Below, piece by piece: positions 9,303 to 18,420 of a DNA stretch of 64,000 nt. The position numbers and the translations under genes are program-made. The notes beneath the pieces were generated by a model. That model ran no database searches. It worked only from the letters and a program-made list of their open reading frames with translations, and was not told the origin of the DNA. Origin of the DNA: Methanomicrobiales archaeon (lineage in GTDB: Archaea; Halobacteriota; Methanomicrobia; Methanomicrobiales; JACTUA01); contig JACTUA010000006.1 of NCBI GenBank assembly GCA_015660865.1, positions 87,777 to 151,776 of the forward strand. Direction: 5' to 3'. Within the stretch, counting starts at the first letter, position 1, and every line of letters starts with the position of its first letter.

Positions 9303-10067
9303 ATGGAGAAGCGCCCATCTATCATCACGACAAAGAACCTGAACCTCTGGTACGCGGAGAAGCAGGCCCTTGCCGATATCACCATGGACGTCGAGAGGAA
9401 CCGGGTTACGGCGCTTATCGGCCCCTCGGGGTGCGGGAAGTCCACCCTCATCCGCGTCTTCAACCGGATGAACGACCTGATCGATACCTGCAGGGTCGAG
9501 GGCAGCGTCCTCATCGATGGTGAGGATATCTACAGCCCCTCGGCCGATGTCGTGACCATCAGGAAGAGGGTGGGTATGGTCTTCCAGAAGCCCAACCCGT
9601 TCCCCAAGTCCATCTACGACAACGTCGCCTATGGCCCGAGGATCCATGGGATCACGGAGAAGAAGGAGCTGGACCGGATCGTGGAGGAGAGCCTGCACAA
9701 CGCGGCCCTCTGGAACGAGGTGAAGGACCGGCTCCATGATCCGGCGACCGGGCTCTCGGGCGGGCAGCAGCAGCGGCTCTGCATCGCCCGCTGCCTTGCG
9801 GTCGAGCCCGAGATCATCCTCATGGACGAGCCCTGCTCGGCCCTCGATCCCATCGCAACCGCAAAGATCGAGAACCTCATCGATATCCTCAAGCGGAGTT
9901 ACACCGTGGTCATCGTCACCCACAACATGCAGCAGGCGGCCAGGGTCTCGGACTTCACCGGGTTCATGTACCTCGGAAAGCTCATTGAGTTTGGAGAGAC
10001 AACTCAGATCTTCGAGAACCCCAGAGAAGAGCTCACTGCGAACTACGTGACAGGCCGGTTCGGGTAG
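9303..10067 (+). CDS. pstB: Phosphate import ATP-binding protein
   Basis: 254 aa with Walker [13 protein letters not shown] signature LSGGQQQR, Walker [12 protein letters not shown], and a PstB-type N-terminus. Confidence 0.95.
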   Translation: MEKRPSIITTKNLNLWYAEKQALADITMDVERNRVTALIGPSGCGKSTLIRVFNRMNDLIDTCRVEGSVLIDGEDIYSPSADVVTIRKRVGMVFQKPNPFPKSIYDNVAYGPRIHGITEKKELDRIVEESLHNAALWNEVKDRLHDPATGLSGGQQQRLCIARCLAVEPEIILMDEPCSALDPIATAKIENLIDILKRSYTVVIVTHNMQQAARVSDFTGFMYLGKLIEFGETTQIFENPREELTANYVTGRFG

Positions 10068-10075
10068 GTGACAGA

Positions 10076-10726
10076 ATGGTCGAGAAGTTCCATCTTGAAC
10101 TGGACATGATGAAGGAGCACACCCTTGAGATGGGTTTCCTCTCGCGGACCATGCTCAAGATAGCGGTCCGCGCATTGAAGAACCGGGACCTGGAGTGTGC
10201 AGCCTGGGTGCTGAACCGGAGAGAGGATCTCACCCGGTGGGATGACTCCATCGAGGAGGAGGCCCTCAGGCTCATGGCCCTCTACCAGCCCATGGCATCG
10301 GACCTCCGCACCATCGCTTGTACCCTGAAGATGATCACCTACCTCACCCGGATCGGGATCTACGGCAGGGACATCGTGGTGGGCCTGAACAAGGTCTCGG
10401 AGATGCCACCCGTTCCCGGCCTCTTCTCCATCCCCCGTATGACCGAGATCGTCACGAGCATGGTCGAGGCAGGCCTCAAGGCATACGCGACCGACAGCAT
10501 CTCCCCCATAGAGTCCATCGGGAAGCGGGACGACGAGGTCGATGCCCTCTTCTTTTCAACCTTCCAGGAGTGCATCGCAGCGATGACCGGGGATCCGGAG
10601 AAGATCCCCATCTGTACGAACTACATACTTGTCGCCCGCTACCTGGAGCGCTGCGGGGACCATGCCTGCAAGATGGCCGAGAAGGTCCACTACATGGTCA
10701 CCGGCGAGCGGATCACCATCGAGTGA
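10076..10726 (+). CDS. phoU: Phosphate transport system regulator PhoU
   Basis: 216 aa. It has two PhoU repeats with an E/D..D-type metal-site context (RREDLTRWDDSIEEE, KRDDEVDALF, LERCGDHACKMAEK). Confidence 0.9.
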   Translation: MVEKFHLELDMMKEHTLEMGFLSRTMLKIAVRALKNRDLECAAWVLNRREDLTRWDDSIEEEALRLMALYQPMASDLRTIACTLKMITYLTRIGIYGRDIVVGLNKVSEMPPVPGLFSIPRMTEIVTSMVEAGLKAYATDSISPIESIGKRDDEVDALFFSTFQECIAAMTGDPEKIPICTNYILVARYLERCGDHACKMAEKVHYMVTGERITIE

Positions 10727-10729
10727 TAC

Positions 10730-10754
10730 CGGGTCTCATCGGGATGGAGACCCG
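10730..10754 (+). terminator. Hairpin directly after the phoU stop
   Basis: cgggtctc-atcgggatg-gagacccg forms an 8-bp stem beginning 4 nt after TGA 10724-10726. The function is inferred. Confidence 0.3.
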
Positions 10755-10949
10755 CCTGCTCCCGCCGGCGCAGGGTTCCGGCCCCGCGATAGAATGAAAT
10801 AACGGGATTCCCATACTACATCATGGACACCGGGAGGGTGTGTCAGGTATTTCAGCTCTTCTGCCACCGATGCAATTGACACAGGTACGATCCCTTCGCC
10901 ATGATCCCTCTCCCTGGGCAGGAGTCATGGATAGCCCCCCGGGGGATGG

Positions 10950-11654
10950 ATGCCCGTTCTGCGAGATCCCTTTCAGGAAGAACCCCTCGCATACCCGGGG
11001 GGATCTCCTCTGATAAAGAACACGGGCAGGCTTCTCCGGCGGGACCTCATCCACGAGAGGGTGCGGGGCGGCCTCACCTACATCATCAGCGAGGATTACT
11101 CGTACAAGACGGAGGCCTACTACCGGATCCTCACCCTCGAGATGGAAGGCAAGGAGACCGTCCCCTCCACCCGGGATCTCCTCGAGGCGTATGTGGTGCC
11201 GGTCTGCCTCACCCGCGCGAAAGGGGCCGGTATCCCTGTCTGCGAGTGGGGTATCTCTGACGAGCGCGTGCCCGTCCCCTCTATCCTCTACGGGATCTCC
11301 TACTTCGCGGATCCCTCGGAGTACAGCCTGGTGCGGGACCTCGAGACCGCTGATCCGGTCATCAAGTATATCACCGGCAACGGGAAGTACCCCTTCTGCT
11401 ACCAGCCTGTCCCCGAGTCCGCAGAGATAGTACCCTGCGTCGCCGTCTTCGGGCGGACAGCAGATGCCCCGGAGCCCCTCGCGGACCTTGCAGCCCGGGC
11501 GTACCGGCTCTTCAGGATCCCCCTCATGGAGGTCATCTCGGTCTTCACCGATACCTACCGGCTCTCGTCCATCACCCCGGTCCGCTACTCCAAGCTCTCC
11601 CGCGGCGAGAAGGGTATCCTCGAGGAGATCCTTGCAGGTGAGTGCAATGGGTAG
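10950..11654 (+). CDS. RLAN-like protein (stand-alone RimK-like ATP-grasp N-terminal domain)
   Basis: 234 aa. The segment YIISEDYSYKTEAYYRILTLEMEGKETVPSTRDLL matches my memory of the RLAN pattern (Y.Y...YY..L.aE..G....PS). Its stop overlaps the start of the ATP-grasp gene by 8 nt. Confidence 0.5.
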   Translation: MPVLRDPFQEEPLAYPGGSPLIKNTGRLLRRDLIHERVRGGLTYIISEDYSYKTEAYYRILTLEMEGKETVPSTRDLLEAYVVPVCLTRAKGAGIPVCEWGISDERVPVPSILYGISYFADPSEYSLVRDLETADPVIKYITGNGKYPFCYQPVPESAEIVPCVAVFGRTADAPEPLADLAARAYRLFRIPLMEVISVFTDTYRLSSITPVRYSKLSRGEKGILEEILAGECNG

Positions 11655-12552
11655 GCTCGGGCTCTTTGTTGACCGGCAGACGCTGGGGAACTCGGAGCAG
11701 CTCACGGCCCTGATAAAGCTCAGGGACTCTGCCGAGTCGATGGGGCACACGGTCTACTTCATCTTTCCTGTCGAGATCGCAAAGATCGGGAAGGTCGACG
11801 GACTCTTCATCAGGAGCCGGACGGACCCGATGAACATCAGCTTCGTGGCCGCGAAGATGGCGGAGCTCAGGGGCATCCCGGTCATCGATGACCCGGCATC
11901 CATCCAGATCTGCTCGGACAAGGTGAACATGTACCTCCACCTCATGCAGGAGGGGGTGAGGATCCCCGAGACCGTCTTCGTCAGGAAGGGGGAGCTGACC
12001 GAGAAGGACGCAGGGGACCTCTTTTCAGAGCTGGGATCGCCCCTCATCCTCAAGGAACCCTCCACCTCATTCTCCCTCAGGGTCGAGAAGGTGCACACCG
12101 TCCCCGAGTTCCTGAAGACGGCGAAGAGGTTCATCAAGATGTCGGACTGGATCGTGGCCCAGAGGTTCATCGAGAGTGATTTCGACTGGAGGGTAGGGGT
12201 GCTCGGCGGGGAGCCCCTCTATGCCTGTCAGTACATCATCCCCCAGGAGACCTTCAAGATCCAGGCCACGGTGAACGGCCATGTCGTGTACTGCGCGGTG
12301 AAGAGCGCCCCCCTCGGCGAGGTTCCCTTACCCATCCTCGATACCGCCGTCCAGGCCGCGAACGCCATCGGGGGAGGCTTCTATGGGGTCGATATCAAGG
12401 ATAAAGACGGCACCCCCTTTGTCATCGAGGTGAACGACAACCCTTCCCTCGAGGCGGGGGAGGACGAGCACTCGCCCGGCCTCTACAGGAAGATCATCGG
12501 CCACCTCCTCGGCGACGGGGAGGCTCCCGCAGGGTCCGGCCCTGTCCGATGA
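11647..12552 (+). CDS. RimK-family ATP-grasp ligase
   Basis: 301 aa from ATG 11647 (MGRLGLFVD...). The ATP-grasp core is present (CSDKVNMYLHLMQEGVRIPET, PLILKEPSTSFSLRVEKV, WIVAQRFI, GVDIKDKDGTPFVIEVNDNPSL). Confidence 0.8.
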   Translation: MGRLGLFVDRQTLGNSEQLTALIKLRDSAESMGHTVYFIFPVEIAKIGKVDGLFIRSRTDPMNISFVAAKMAELRGIPVIDDPASIQICSDKVNMYLHLMQEGVRIPETVFVRKGELTEKDAGDLFSELGSPLILKEPSTSFSLRVEKVHTVPEFLKTAKRFIKMSDWIVAQRFIESDFDWRVGVLGGEPLYACQYIIPQETFKIQATVNGHVVYCAVKSAPLGEVPLPILDTAVQAANAIGGGFYGVDIKDKDGTPFVIEVNDNPSLEAGEDEHSPGLYRKIIGHLLGDGEAPAGSGPVR

Positions 12553-12558
12553 GATCCC

Positions 12559-13809
12559 ATGGCGTTTGCACCGGCCATCCCCGTCATCGTCCTGGTCCTC
12601 GTCTTTCTCGGGATCGCGATCCGCAGGATCGGGAGGTTCACCCTCAAGATCTGGCAGATCATGCTCATCGGCGCGGTGGCCGTTCTCGTCACCGGCCAGA
12701 TATCGCCCGCATCGGCCGTCGGGGCAATCAACCCGGACGTCATGATCTTCCTCTTCGGGATGTTCGTGGTGGGGGTGGCGCTCCACGAGAGCGGCTACCT
12801 CCTGCATCTCTCCAGCCGGATCTTCCGCAGGGCGAAGAGCCCCGACCAGCTCATCCTCCTTCTCATCTTCTCCTTCGGGATCCTCTCGGCCCTCCTGATG
12901 AACGATACCCTTGCCATCATCGGGACACCTCTCGCCCTCTATTTCGCCCGCGCAAACCGGATCTCCCCCAGGCTCCTCCTCCTGGCCCTCGCCTTCTCCA
13001 TCACCACGGGGAGCGTCATGAGCCCGATAGGGAACCCCCAGAACCTCCTCGTCGCCCTCCATGGCTCTGTCGGGAACCCCTTCATCACCTTTGCACGGTT
13101 CCTTGCTATCCCTACGGTGATCAGCCTCGTCCTTATCTATCTCTTCCTCAGGCTCGTGTTCCGGAAGGAGCCCTGGGGGAAGGAGCTCGAGTTCAGCCAT
13201 GAGCCGGTGAAGGACGAGAGGCTCGCACTCCTCTCCCGGGTCTCCCTCGGGGTCCTCGTTACCCTCATCCTCGTCAAGATCGGGGGATTCTTCGTCGGCC
13301 TGGATACCTGGGTCTCCCTTTCGGCCATCGCCCTCCTCTCAGCGTTCCCGATCCTCGCCCTCTCGGGAAGGCGGGTCGAGATCGTGAGGAAGGTCGACTG
13401 GGAGACCCTGGTCTTCTTTGCCGCCATGTTCGTCCTCATGGAGAGCGTCTGGGAGTCGGGGTTCTTCCAGTCCTTCATCCTGCTCATCGGCGGGGAGATC
13501 TCTCGCGTCCCCGTAATTCTCGGGCTCTCCGTTGTGGTCAGCCAGTTCATCTCCAATGTACCCTGGGTCGCCCTCTACCTCCCCGCCATCACGAGGTCAG
13601 GGCAATCCATGGCTGGCCTCATGGCCCTTGCGGCTGGGAGCACCATCGCGGGGAACCTATCAATTCTCGGGGCGGCCTCCAATGTCATCATCATCCAGAA
13701 CGCCGAGAAGGAGGGCGAGACCCTATCCTTCCTGGAGTTCGTGAAGATCGGGCTTCCCCTCACCGTGCTCCAGGCCCTCATCTACTGGTTCTTCCTGGGC
13801 ATAGGGTAA
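12559..13809 (+). CDS. Anion permease of the ArsB/NhaD/CitMHS superfamily
   Basis: 416 aa and polytopic. It has the motifs SALLMNDT and GSVMSPIGNPQNLLVA and an internal repeat, typical of this transporter superfamily. Confidence 0.7.
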   Translation: MAFAPAIPVIVLVLVFLGIAIRRIGRFTLKIWQIMLIGAVAVLVTGQISPASAVGAINPDVMIFLFGMFVVGVALHESGYLLHLSSRIFRRAKSPDQLILLLIFSFGILSALLMNDTLAIIGTPLALYFARANRISPRLLLLALAFSITTGSVMSPIGNPQNLLVALHGSVGNPFITFARFLAIPTVISLVLIYLFLRLVFRKEPWGKELEFSHEPVKDERLALLSRVSLGVLVTLILVKIGGFFVGLDTWVSLSAIALLSAFPILALSGRRVEIVRKVDWETLVFFAAMFVLMESVWESGFFQSFILLIGGEISRVPVILGLSVVVSQFISNVPWVALYLPAITRSGQSMAGLMALAAGSTIAGNLSILGAASNVIIIQNAEKEGETLSFLEFVKIGLPLTVLQALIYWFFLGIG

Positions 13810-13857
13810 GAACAGACGGGGATGCTTATCCCGAGGACCGCCAACCAAATGGGGTGC

Positions 13858-14673
13858 CTACTTCACCCCCATCCCCTTGAAGAAGGTATAACAGAACGTC
13901 CCGTCGGGTTCGCAGGTCCGGTAAAGATCCCTGATCCCCTGGTTCCATTCCTCTCTGCTGGCCAGGCCCTGTCCCAAGGCCTCATCCTGGACGCCCTCTA
14001 CCATCGCGGTGAAGGTCTGCTTCGTGAACCCTTCGACCAGCTCCGGGTGCGAGGCATCCACGTACACCATCCGGGGAGAGACGGCGACATCCCGGAACCC
14101 TGCCTCGGAGAGGAGCGGGTAGACTTCCCGGCCGATCAGGGCGTTCCCGCCCTTCTCCCGCTGGAGGGCAACAAGGCAGGATATGGCCTTCCTTGCCGCC
14201 TCGCTGTCCGGGGAGAAATATGCTGATCCATGGTCACCCTCGATGACCGTGATGGTACCGCCGGGTTTCAGGACCCGTCTGAGGCAGGTAAGGGCAGAAA
14301 CCGGGTCGGGGAGGTGTTCGAGGACGAAGCAGACAAAGACGTGATCAAAGGTCCCGTCTGCGAACGGCAGGGCGCAGATATCAGCCTGCAGGAATCTGAC
14401 GTTTCTGCTTCCCGACGCATTCACCCGGGCTTCTGCCTGGGCAAGGGAGGGTTCCGAGAGATCGATGGAGGTGATCACGGCCCCCGGGCTCTTCCCAGCA
14501 AGGGTGACTGTCTGGGCACCGATTCCGCAGCCTGCTTCCAGCACCTGGCTTCCCGCCGGATACCCGGTGTCGCGGTGGAGGAGACGGGTGAGTGCCCCTG
14601 CCTGGTCCAGGAGGCGTTTCGATTCGCGCCGTGTGTAACCATGGACATAGGCGCGGCCGGGGCCGGGGATCAT
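13858..14673 (-). CDS. Class I SAM-dependent methyltransferase
   Basis: 271 aa with motif I VLEAGCGIGAQT, post-I DLS, and motif II/III FDHVFVCFVLEHL and LKPGGTITV. Confidence 0.8.
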   Translation of the reverse strand: MIPGPGRAYVHGYTRRESKRLLDQAGALTRLLHRDTGYPAGSQVLEAGCGIGAQTVTLAGKSPGAVITSIDLSEPSLAQAEARVNASGSRNVRFLQADICALPFADGTFDHVFVCFVLEHLPDPVSALTCLRRVLKPGGTITVIEGDHGSAYFSPDSEAARKAISCLVALQREKGGNALIGREVYPLLSEAGFRDVAVSPRMVYVDASHPELVEGFTKQTFTAMVEGVQDEALGQGLASREEWNQGIRDLYRTCEPDGTFCYTFFKGMGVK

Positions 14674-14698
14674 CGCTCGGGCATCTTTTCGGATCCCG

Positions 14699-15184
14699 TT
14701 ACATGTTCTGAAGGGCCACGATGTCGGTCACGCCGGTGAGGCGCCAGAGGATGGATCGCTCCTCGGCGGCTATCGTCTCGATGGGTTCCTGGGGCAGGAT
14801 GCCGAGGGCGGCAAGGATATTCTTCGAGAGCTTCTTCAACTTGATCATGTTCACGAACTTCCCCCGGATCTTCTTCTTCTCGATGGCATCCTCGACCTCC
14901 TCGAGCCTCCCCTGGAGGGTGACGAACATGTAGCAGGACAGGTCCTGGCTGTAGCGCTCGACCTCCACCGAGACATAGGGGTTGGACCGGAAGTACCGGA
15001 TCTTCTTCCCGTAGCGGGTGGAGAGGAAATACATGAAGTTGCCGTCGAAGACATAGAGGAATGGCGCGATGTAGGGGTACTTCTCGCCCAAGAATGCGAT
15101 CCTCGAGACATAGCCTTCGGTGATAAGCGCGTCGTAATCCTGCTTCTCCATCCTGGGGATTTTGACGATCTCCATGGCGACCAA
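14699..15184 (-). CDS. Pyridoxamine 5'-phosphate oxidase-family FMN-binding protein
   Basis: 161 aa. The pattern VSRIAFLGEKYPYIAPFLYVFDGNFMYFLSTRYGKKIRYFRSNPYVSVEV is typical of the split-barrel family. Confidence 0.65.
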   Translation of the reverse strand: MVAMEIVKIPRMEKQDYDALITEGYVSRIAFLGEKYPYIAPFLYVFDGNFMYFLSTRYGKKIRYFRSNPYVSVEVERYSQDLSCYMFVTLQGRLEEVEDAIEKKKIRGKFVNMIKLKKLSKNILAALGILPQEPIETIAAEERSILWRLTGVTDIVALQNM

Positions 15185-15359
15185 CAGCTTGAATACCGCA
15201 TCCCGTTTTATAAAGGTTCTGATGCGTCACCGGGAGATCCAGAGCGGGTCTCACCTGCATACTCCTTGAACTCACCCAGCGGGGAAGGAGAGCACGAGAC
15301 CGTATCGGTCGCTGCTCCCCTATTTATCCCATAAGGGTTCCCATGCTGAAGAGACAGAG

Positions 15360-16283
15360 ATGGATCGGGAGAGGGATATCCAGCGGGAATTATCAGCCAT
15401 GGAGGAGTCCATCAGGGCCCGCTACCGGAGCGACGGTCTCACCACCGGCCTTGTCCGGCTTTTCCAGAAATTTCTGATGCTCTTCTATAACTCCTGTGGC
15501 AGGGATCTCCCGTGGCGAAGAACGACCGATCCCTACCGGATCCTCGTCTCGGAGTTCATGCTCCAGCAGACACAGGTGGAGCGGGTCCTTGTAAAGTATC
15601 CGGAATTCCTCGGACGTTTCCCCGACATCGAGGTGCTCGCCCGCGCCCCGAGGCACGAGGTGCTCCTCGCCTGGCAGGGCCTCGGCTACAACCGGCGGGC
15701 CCTTTCCCTCCACGAGACGGCCCGGAGGGTCGTGGACGAGTACCATGGATCGGTCCCGCTCGACCGGACCCTCCTCGACTCTCTCCCCGGTATCGGGGGG
15801 GCGACCGCGGGGGCAATCGTGGTGTTTTCCACGAACCGGCCGGAGATCTTCATCGAGACAAACATCCGGCGTGTGTATATCCACCTCTTCTTCCCCGATG
15901 CCGTAAAGGTCCATGACCGTGAGATTGAACCGATCCTCGGGAAGACGATGATAAAGAAACAACCCCGGGAGTTCTATTACGCCCTGATGGACTACGGGTC
16001 TGCCCTCAAAAAGGGCATAGGGGACCCGAACGGATCGCTCCTGAAGAGAGGAGCCATGAACCCGAACACGAGGAGCGCCTCCTACTCGAGGCAGAGCACG
16101 TTCCAGGGGTCGGATCGCCAGGTGCGGGGGATCCTCCTCCGCCATCTCCTGGCAGGAAACGGAGCCCGTGAAGAGGAACTGAGAGACCTCGCACGCGTCG
16201 AGCCCGGACGGCTGGAACGAATCCTCAAGGGACTGGAAAGGGATGGGTTCATAGAACGGTCAGGGGGCAGGATCCGATGTTAG
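15360..16283 (+). CDS. HhH-GPD base-excision DNA glycosylase (MutY/EndoIII-like)
   Basis: 307 aa with LPWR..DPYRILVSEFMLQQTQV, GLGYNRRA, and helix-hairpin-helix LPGIGGATAGAI. No C-x6-C-x2-C-x5-C cluster motif is visible, and the C-terminal ~60 aa look like a winged helix. Confidence 0.75.
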   Translation: MDRERDIQRELSAMEESIRARYRSDGLTTGLVRLFQKFLMLFYNSCGRDLPWRRTTDPYRILVSEFMLQQTQVERVLVKYPEFLGRFPDIEVLARAPRHEVLLAWQGLGYNRRALSLHETARRVVDEYHGSVPLDRTLLDSLPGIGGATAGAIVVFSTNRPEIFIETNIRRVYIHLFFPDAVKVHDREIEPILGKTMIKKQPREFYYALMDYGSALKKGIGDPNGSLLKRGAMNPNTRSASYSRQSTFQGSDRQVRGILLRHLLAGNGAREEELRDLARVEPGRLERILKGLERDGFIERSGGRIRC

Positions 16284-16504
16284 CGACCCTCGTGAGAGTG
16301 AAGGGTTGCACCGCATGACTTCGATGTCATGCCCGGGATCAAGGAAAAGGAGAAGAGTGCTCAGGCGATCGGGGTTACAGATGAGTGTCCCAGGCTCGTT
16401 CAGGGGGATCCCGAGAAACGGCCTTCCAGATCCCTGAAAGAGAAAGGTTCTTTTGAGCCATTATGCTATTCACGTACCATGGAGAAGGGAGAGAACGAGG
16501 GGGA

Positions 16505-17440
16505 ATGATGAAGTTTCTTGTGACCGGCGGGGCGGGCTTCATCGGTTCGCATCTGACACGTGAGCTCGCGAACCTGGGCGAGGTGACCGTCCTTGACGAT
16601 CTCTCCTCAGGGCAGACAGGGCGCATCCTGGACATCCTTGACCATGGGAAGGTGCAGTTGGTCCGCGGGAGCATCCTGCACAGGAACCTTCTTCTTGACC
16701 TTTGCAGGGAGGTCGACTGCATCTTCCATCTTGCCGCAGATGTCTCCGTGAGCCATTCCATGGAACGACCGCTGGAGGTTCATGAAGTGAATGCTACCGG
16801 GACCCTCTCGGTCCTCGCAGCAGCCAGGGAGTCCGGGGTGAAAAAGCTGGTCTTCTCATCATCGGCAGCTGTCTATGGAGCCAGCCCGGTCTCCCCGAGA
16901 TCAGAGAGTACTTACCCCGAACCCCTCTCCCCATATGCTGCCTCGAAACTCGCCGGAGAGTTCTACTGCGATGTGTACCGGCGTTCTTACGGCCTCCCGA
17001 CAGCCTCGCTCCGCTGCTTCAATGTCTACGGCCCTGCCCAGGATCCCCGCGGCGAGTGTGCAGCGGTTATACCCAGTTTCATCATGAATGTCCTCAGGAG
17101 AAGGCCGCCCGTCATATTCGGGGACGGGAACCAGGTCCGGGACTTTATTTCGGTGAAGGATGTCGTCAGGGCGAACATACTTGCCATGCAGCGGGACGCG
17201 GTAGGCACCTTCAATATCGGGACCGGAGACGGGGTGACTATACGAGATCTCGCGAGGGTCATCACGGAGATCGGAGGGCTGTCGCGCGAACCGGTCTTCG
17301 AGAAGCCCCGTCCGGGAGATATCCGGGAATCGGTAGCCGACATCTCCCGGGCAAGGGACGTGATGGGCTACCGGCCCAGGGTTCACCTCGTTGACGGACT
17401 TCGTGAGACCATGGAATGGTTCAGGGACCATCTGTTCTGA
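16505..17440 (+). CDS. NAD-dependent epimerase/dehydratase (UDP-glucose 4-epimerase-like)
   Basis: The start is placed at MMKFLVTGGAGFIGSHL (Rossmann GxxGxxG). The SDR catalytic YAASK motif is present. Confidence 0.85.
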   Translation: MMKFLVTGGAGFIGSHLTRELANLGEVTVLDDLSSGQTGRILDILDHGKVQLVRGSILHRNLLLDLCREVDCIFHLAADVSVSHSMERPLEVHEVNATGTLSVLAAARESGVKKLVFSSSAAVYGASPVSPRSESTYPEPLSPYAASKLAGEFYCDVYRRSYGLPTASLRCFNVYGPAQDPRGECAAVIPSFIMNVLRRRPPVIFGDGNQVRDFISVKDVVRANILAMQRDAVGTFNIGTGDGVTIRDLARVITEIGGLSREPVFEKPRPGDIRESVADISRARDVMGYRPRVHLVDGLRETMEWFRDHLF

Positions 17441-17581
17441 CATCTTCAAGGGGAAAGCCACCCCTCCAACGTTATGCCCCCTTTCACACCCCTCGCAGGG
17501 AAAAGAGCCGGGCCCCAGGGAACCCGCGTAGGAGAGCAGGGTAAGCCTGAGTCCCGTTTCACCTGGACGGGAGTGCAGAAT

Positions 17582-17716
17582 GGATCCGGGCACCGTGGGG
17601 TGCTGTAGGGGATCCGGGCACCGTGGGGTGCTGAGGGAATCCGGGCACCGTGGGGGTGATGAAGGGGATCCGGGCTACCGGAGGGTGCTGAGGGAATCCG
17701 GGCACCGGGCGAACGG
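17582..17716. repeat. About 4.5 tandem copies of a 28-29 bp hairpin-containing repeat
   Basis: The units gatccgggcaccgtggggtgctg(t/-)aggg repeat head to tail at about 17583, 17611, 17639, 17668 and 17696 (the last partial). Each contains GCACC-gtgg-GGTGC. There are no spacers. Confidence 0.9.
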
Positions 17717-17759
17717 TTTGTTTATCTCTCTCCATTCATAACTCATAGTAAGGAGAGAG

Positions 17760-18401
17760 ATGGAAACGCAGGACTCGATGAAGGAGTTCAACCGGCTCTA
17801 CCGTGCGACCATCCGGAGGATAGACGAGGTGGATGTGCCGGCGATGAAGTTCCTGATGGTGGACGGGTCCTGCAACGGGAGCAATTTCGATGAGTTCCGG
17901 CTCGGGATCGAAGGCCTCTTCGCCCTCTCCCACGCGATGAAAGCCGCCATTGCGAGGATACACATCGGGTTCGAGTATACCGTCATGCCCCTTGAATGCC
18001 TCTGGTGGGTGAGAGGCACGGGTGAGTACACCCCCGATAACCGGGATGAATGGAGATGGATCCTCATGGTGGTCCAGCCCAATTACGTCACGAGCGCCCT
18101 GGCACGGGAGGCCCTCAGCACCATGGACCGGGAAAAGTTCCTTCCCGGCATCTCGAAGGTCCGCTACGGGGTCTTCACCGAAGGGCTCTCGGTCCAGACC
18201 CTCCACAACGGGCCGAGGGCCGAGAAATGGACCACCATCAACCGGCTCCGGGCCTTCATCGAGAAGAAGGGCTACCAAGTCAGGGGCAGACACCATGAGA
18301 TCTATATCTCTGACCCGAGAACCCTGAGTCCCGAGAAGATGAAGATGATCATCCGCCTCCCGATCCGGTTCCCCGAACACGATGAGAGAGCCCGTCAGTG
18401 A
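17760..18401 (+). CDS. GyrI-like small-molecule-binding domain protein
   Basis: 213 aa with VPAMKFLMVDG, PLECLWW, RWILMVVQPNYVT, EGLSVQTLHNGP and RGRHHEIYISDPR, which match the GyrI-like/YdeE family pattern. Confidence 0.75.
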   Translation: METQDSMKEFNRLYRATIRRIDEVDVPAMKFLMVDGSCNGSNFDEFRLGIEGLFALSHAMKAAIARIHIGFEYTVMPLECLWWVRGTGEYTPDNRDEWRWILMVVQPNYVTSALAREALSTMDREKFLPGISKVRYGVFTEGLSVQTLHNGPRAEKWTTINRLRAFIEKKGYQVRGRHHEIYISDPRTLSPEKMKMIIRLPIRFPEHDERARQ

Positions 18402-18420
18402 GGAATGGTAAGGGGGAGGG

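Noticed and set aside
17582-17716. Is the 28-bp repeat array a CRISPR array?
   Set aside because: The units are directly abutting with no unique spacers, and no cas genes or leader are nearby. It is a plain tandem repeat.
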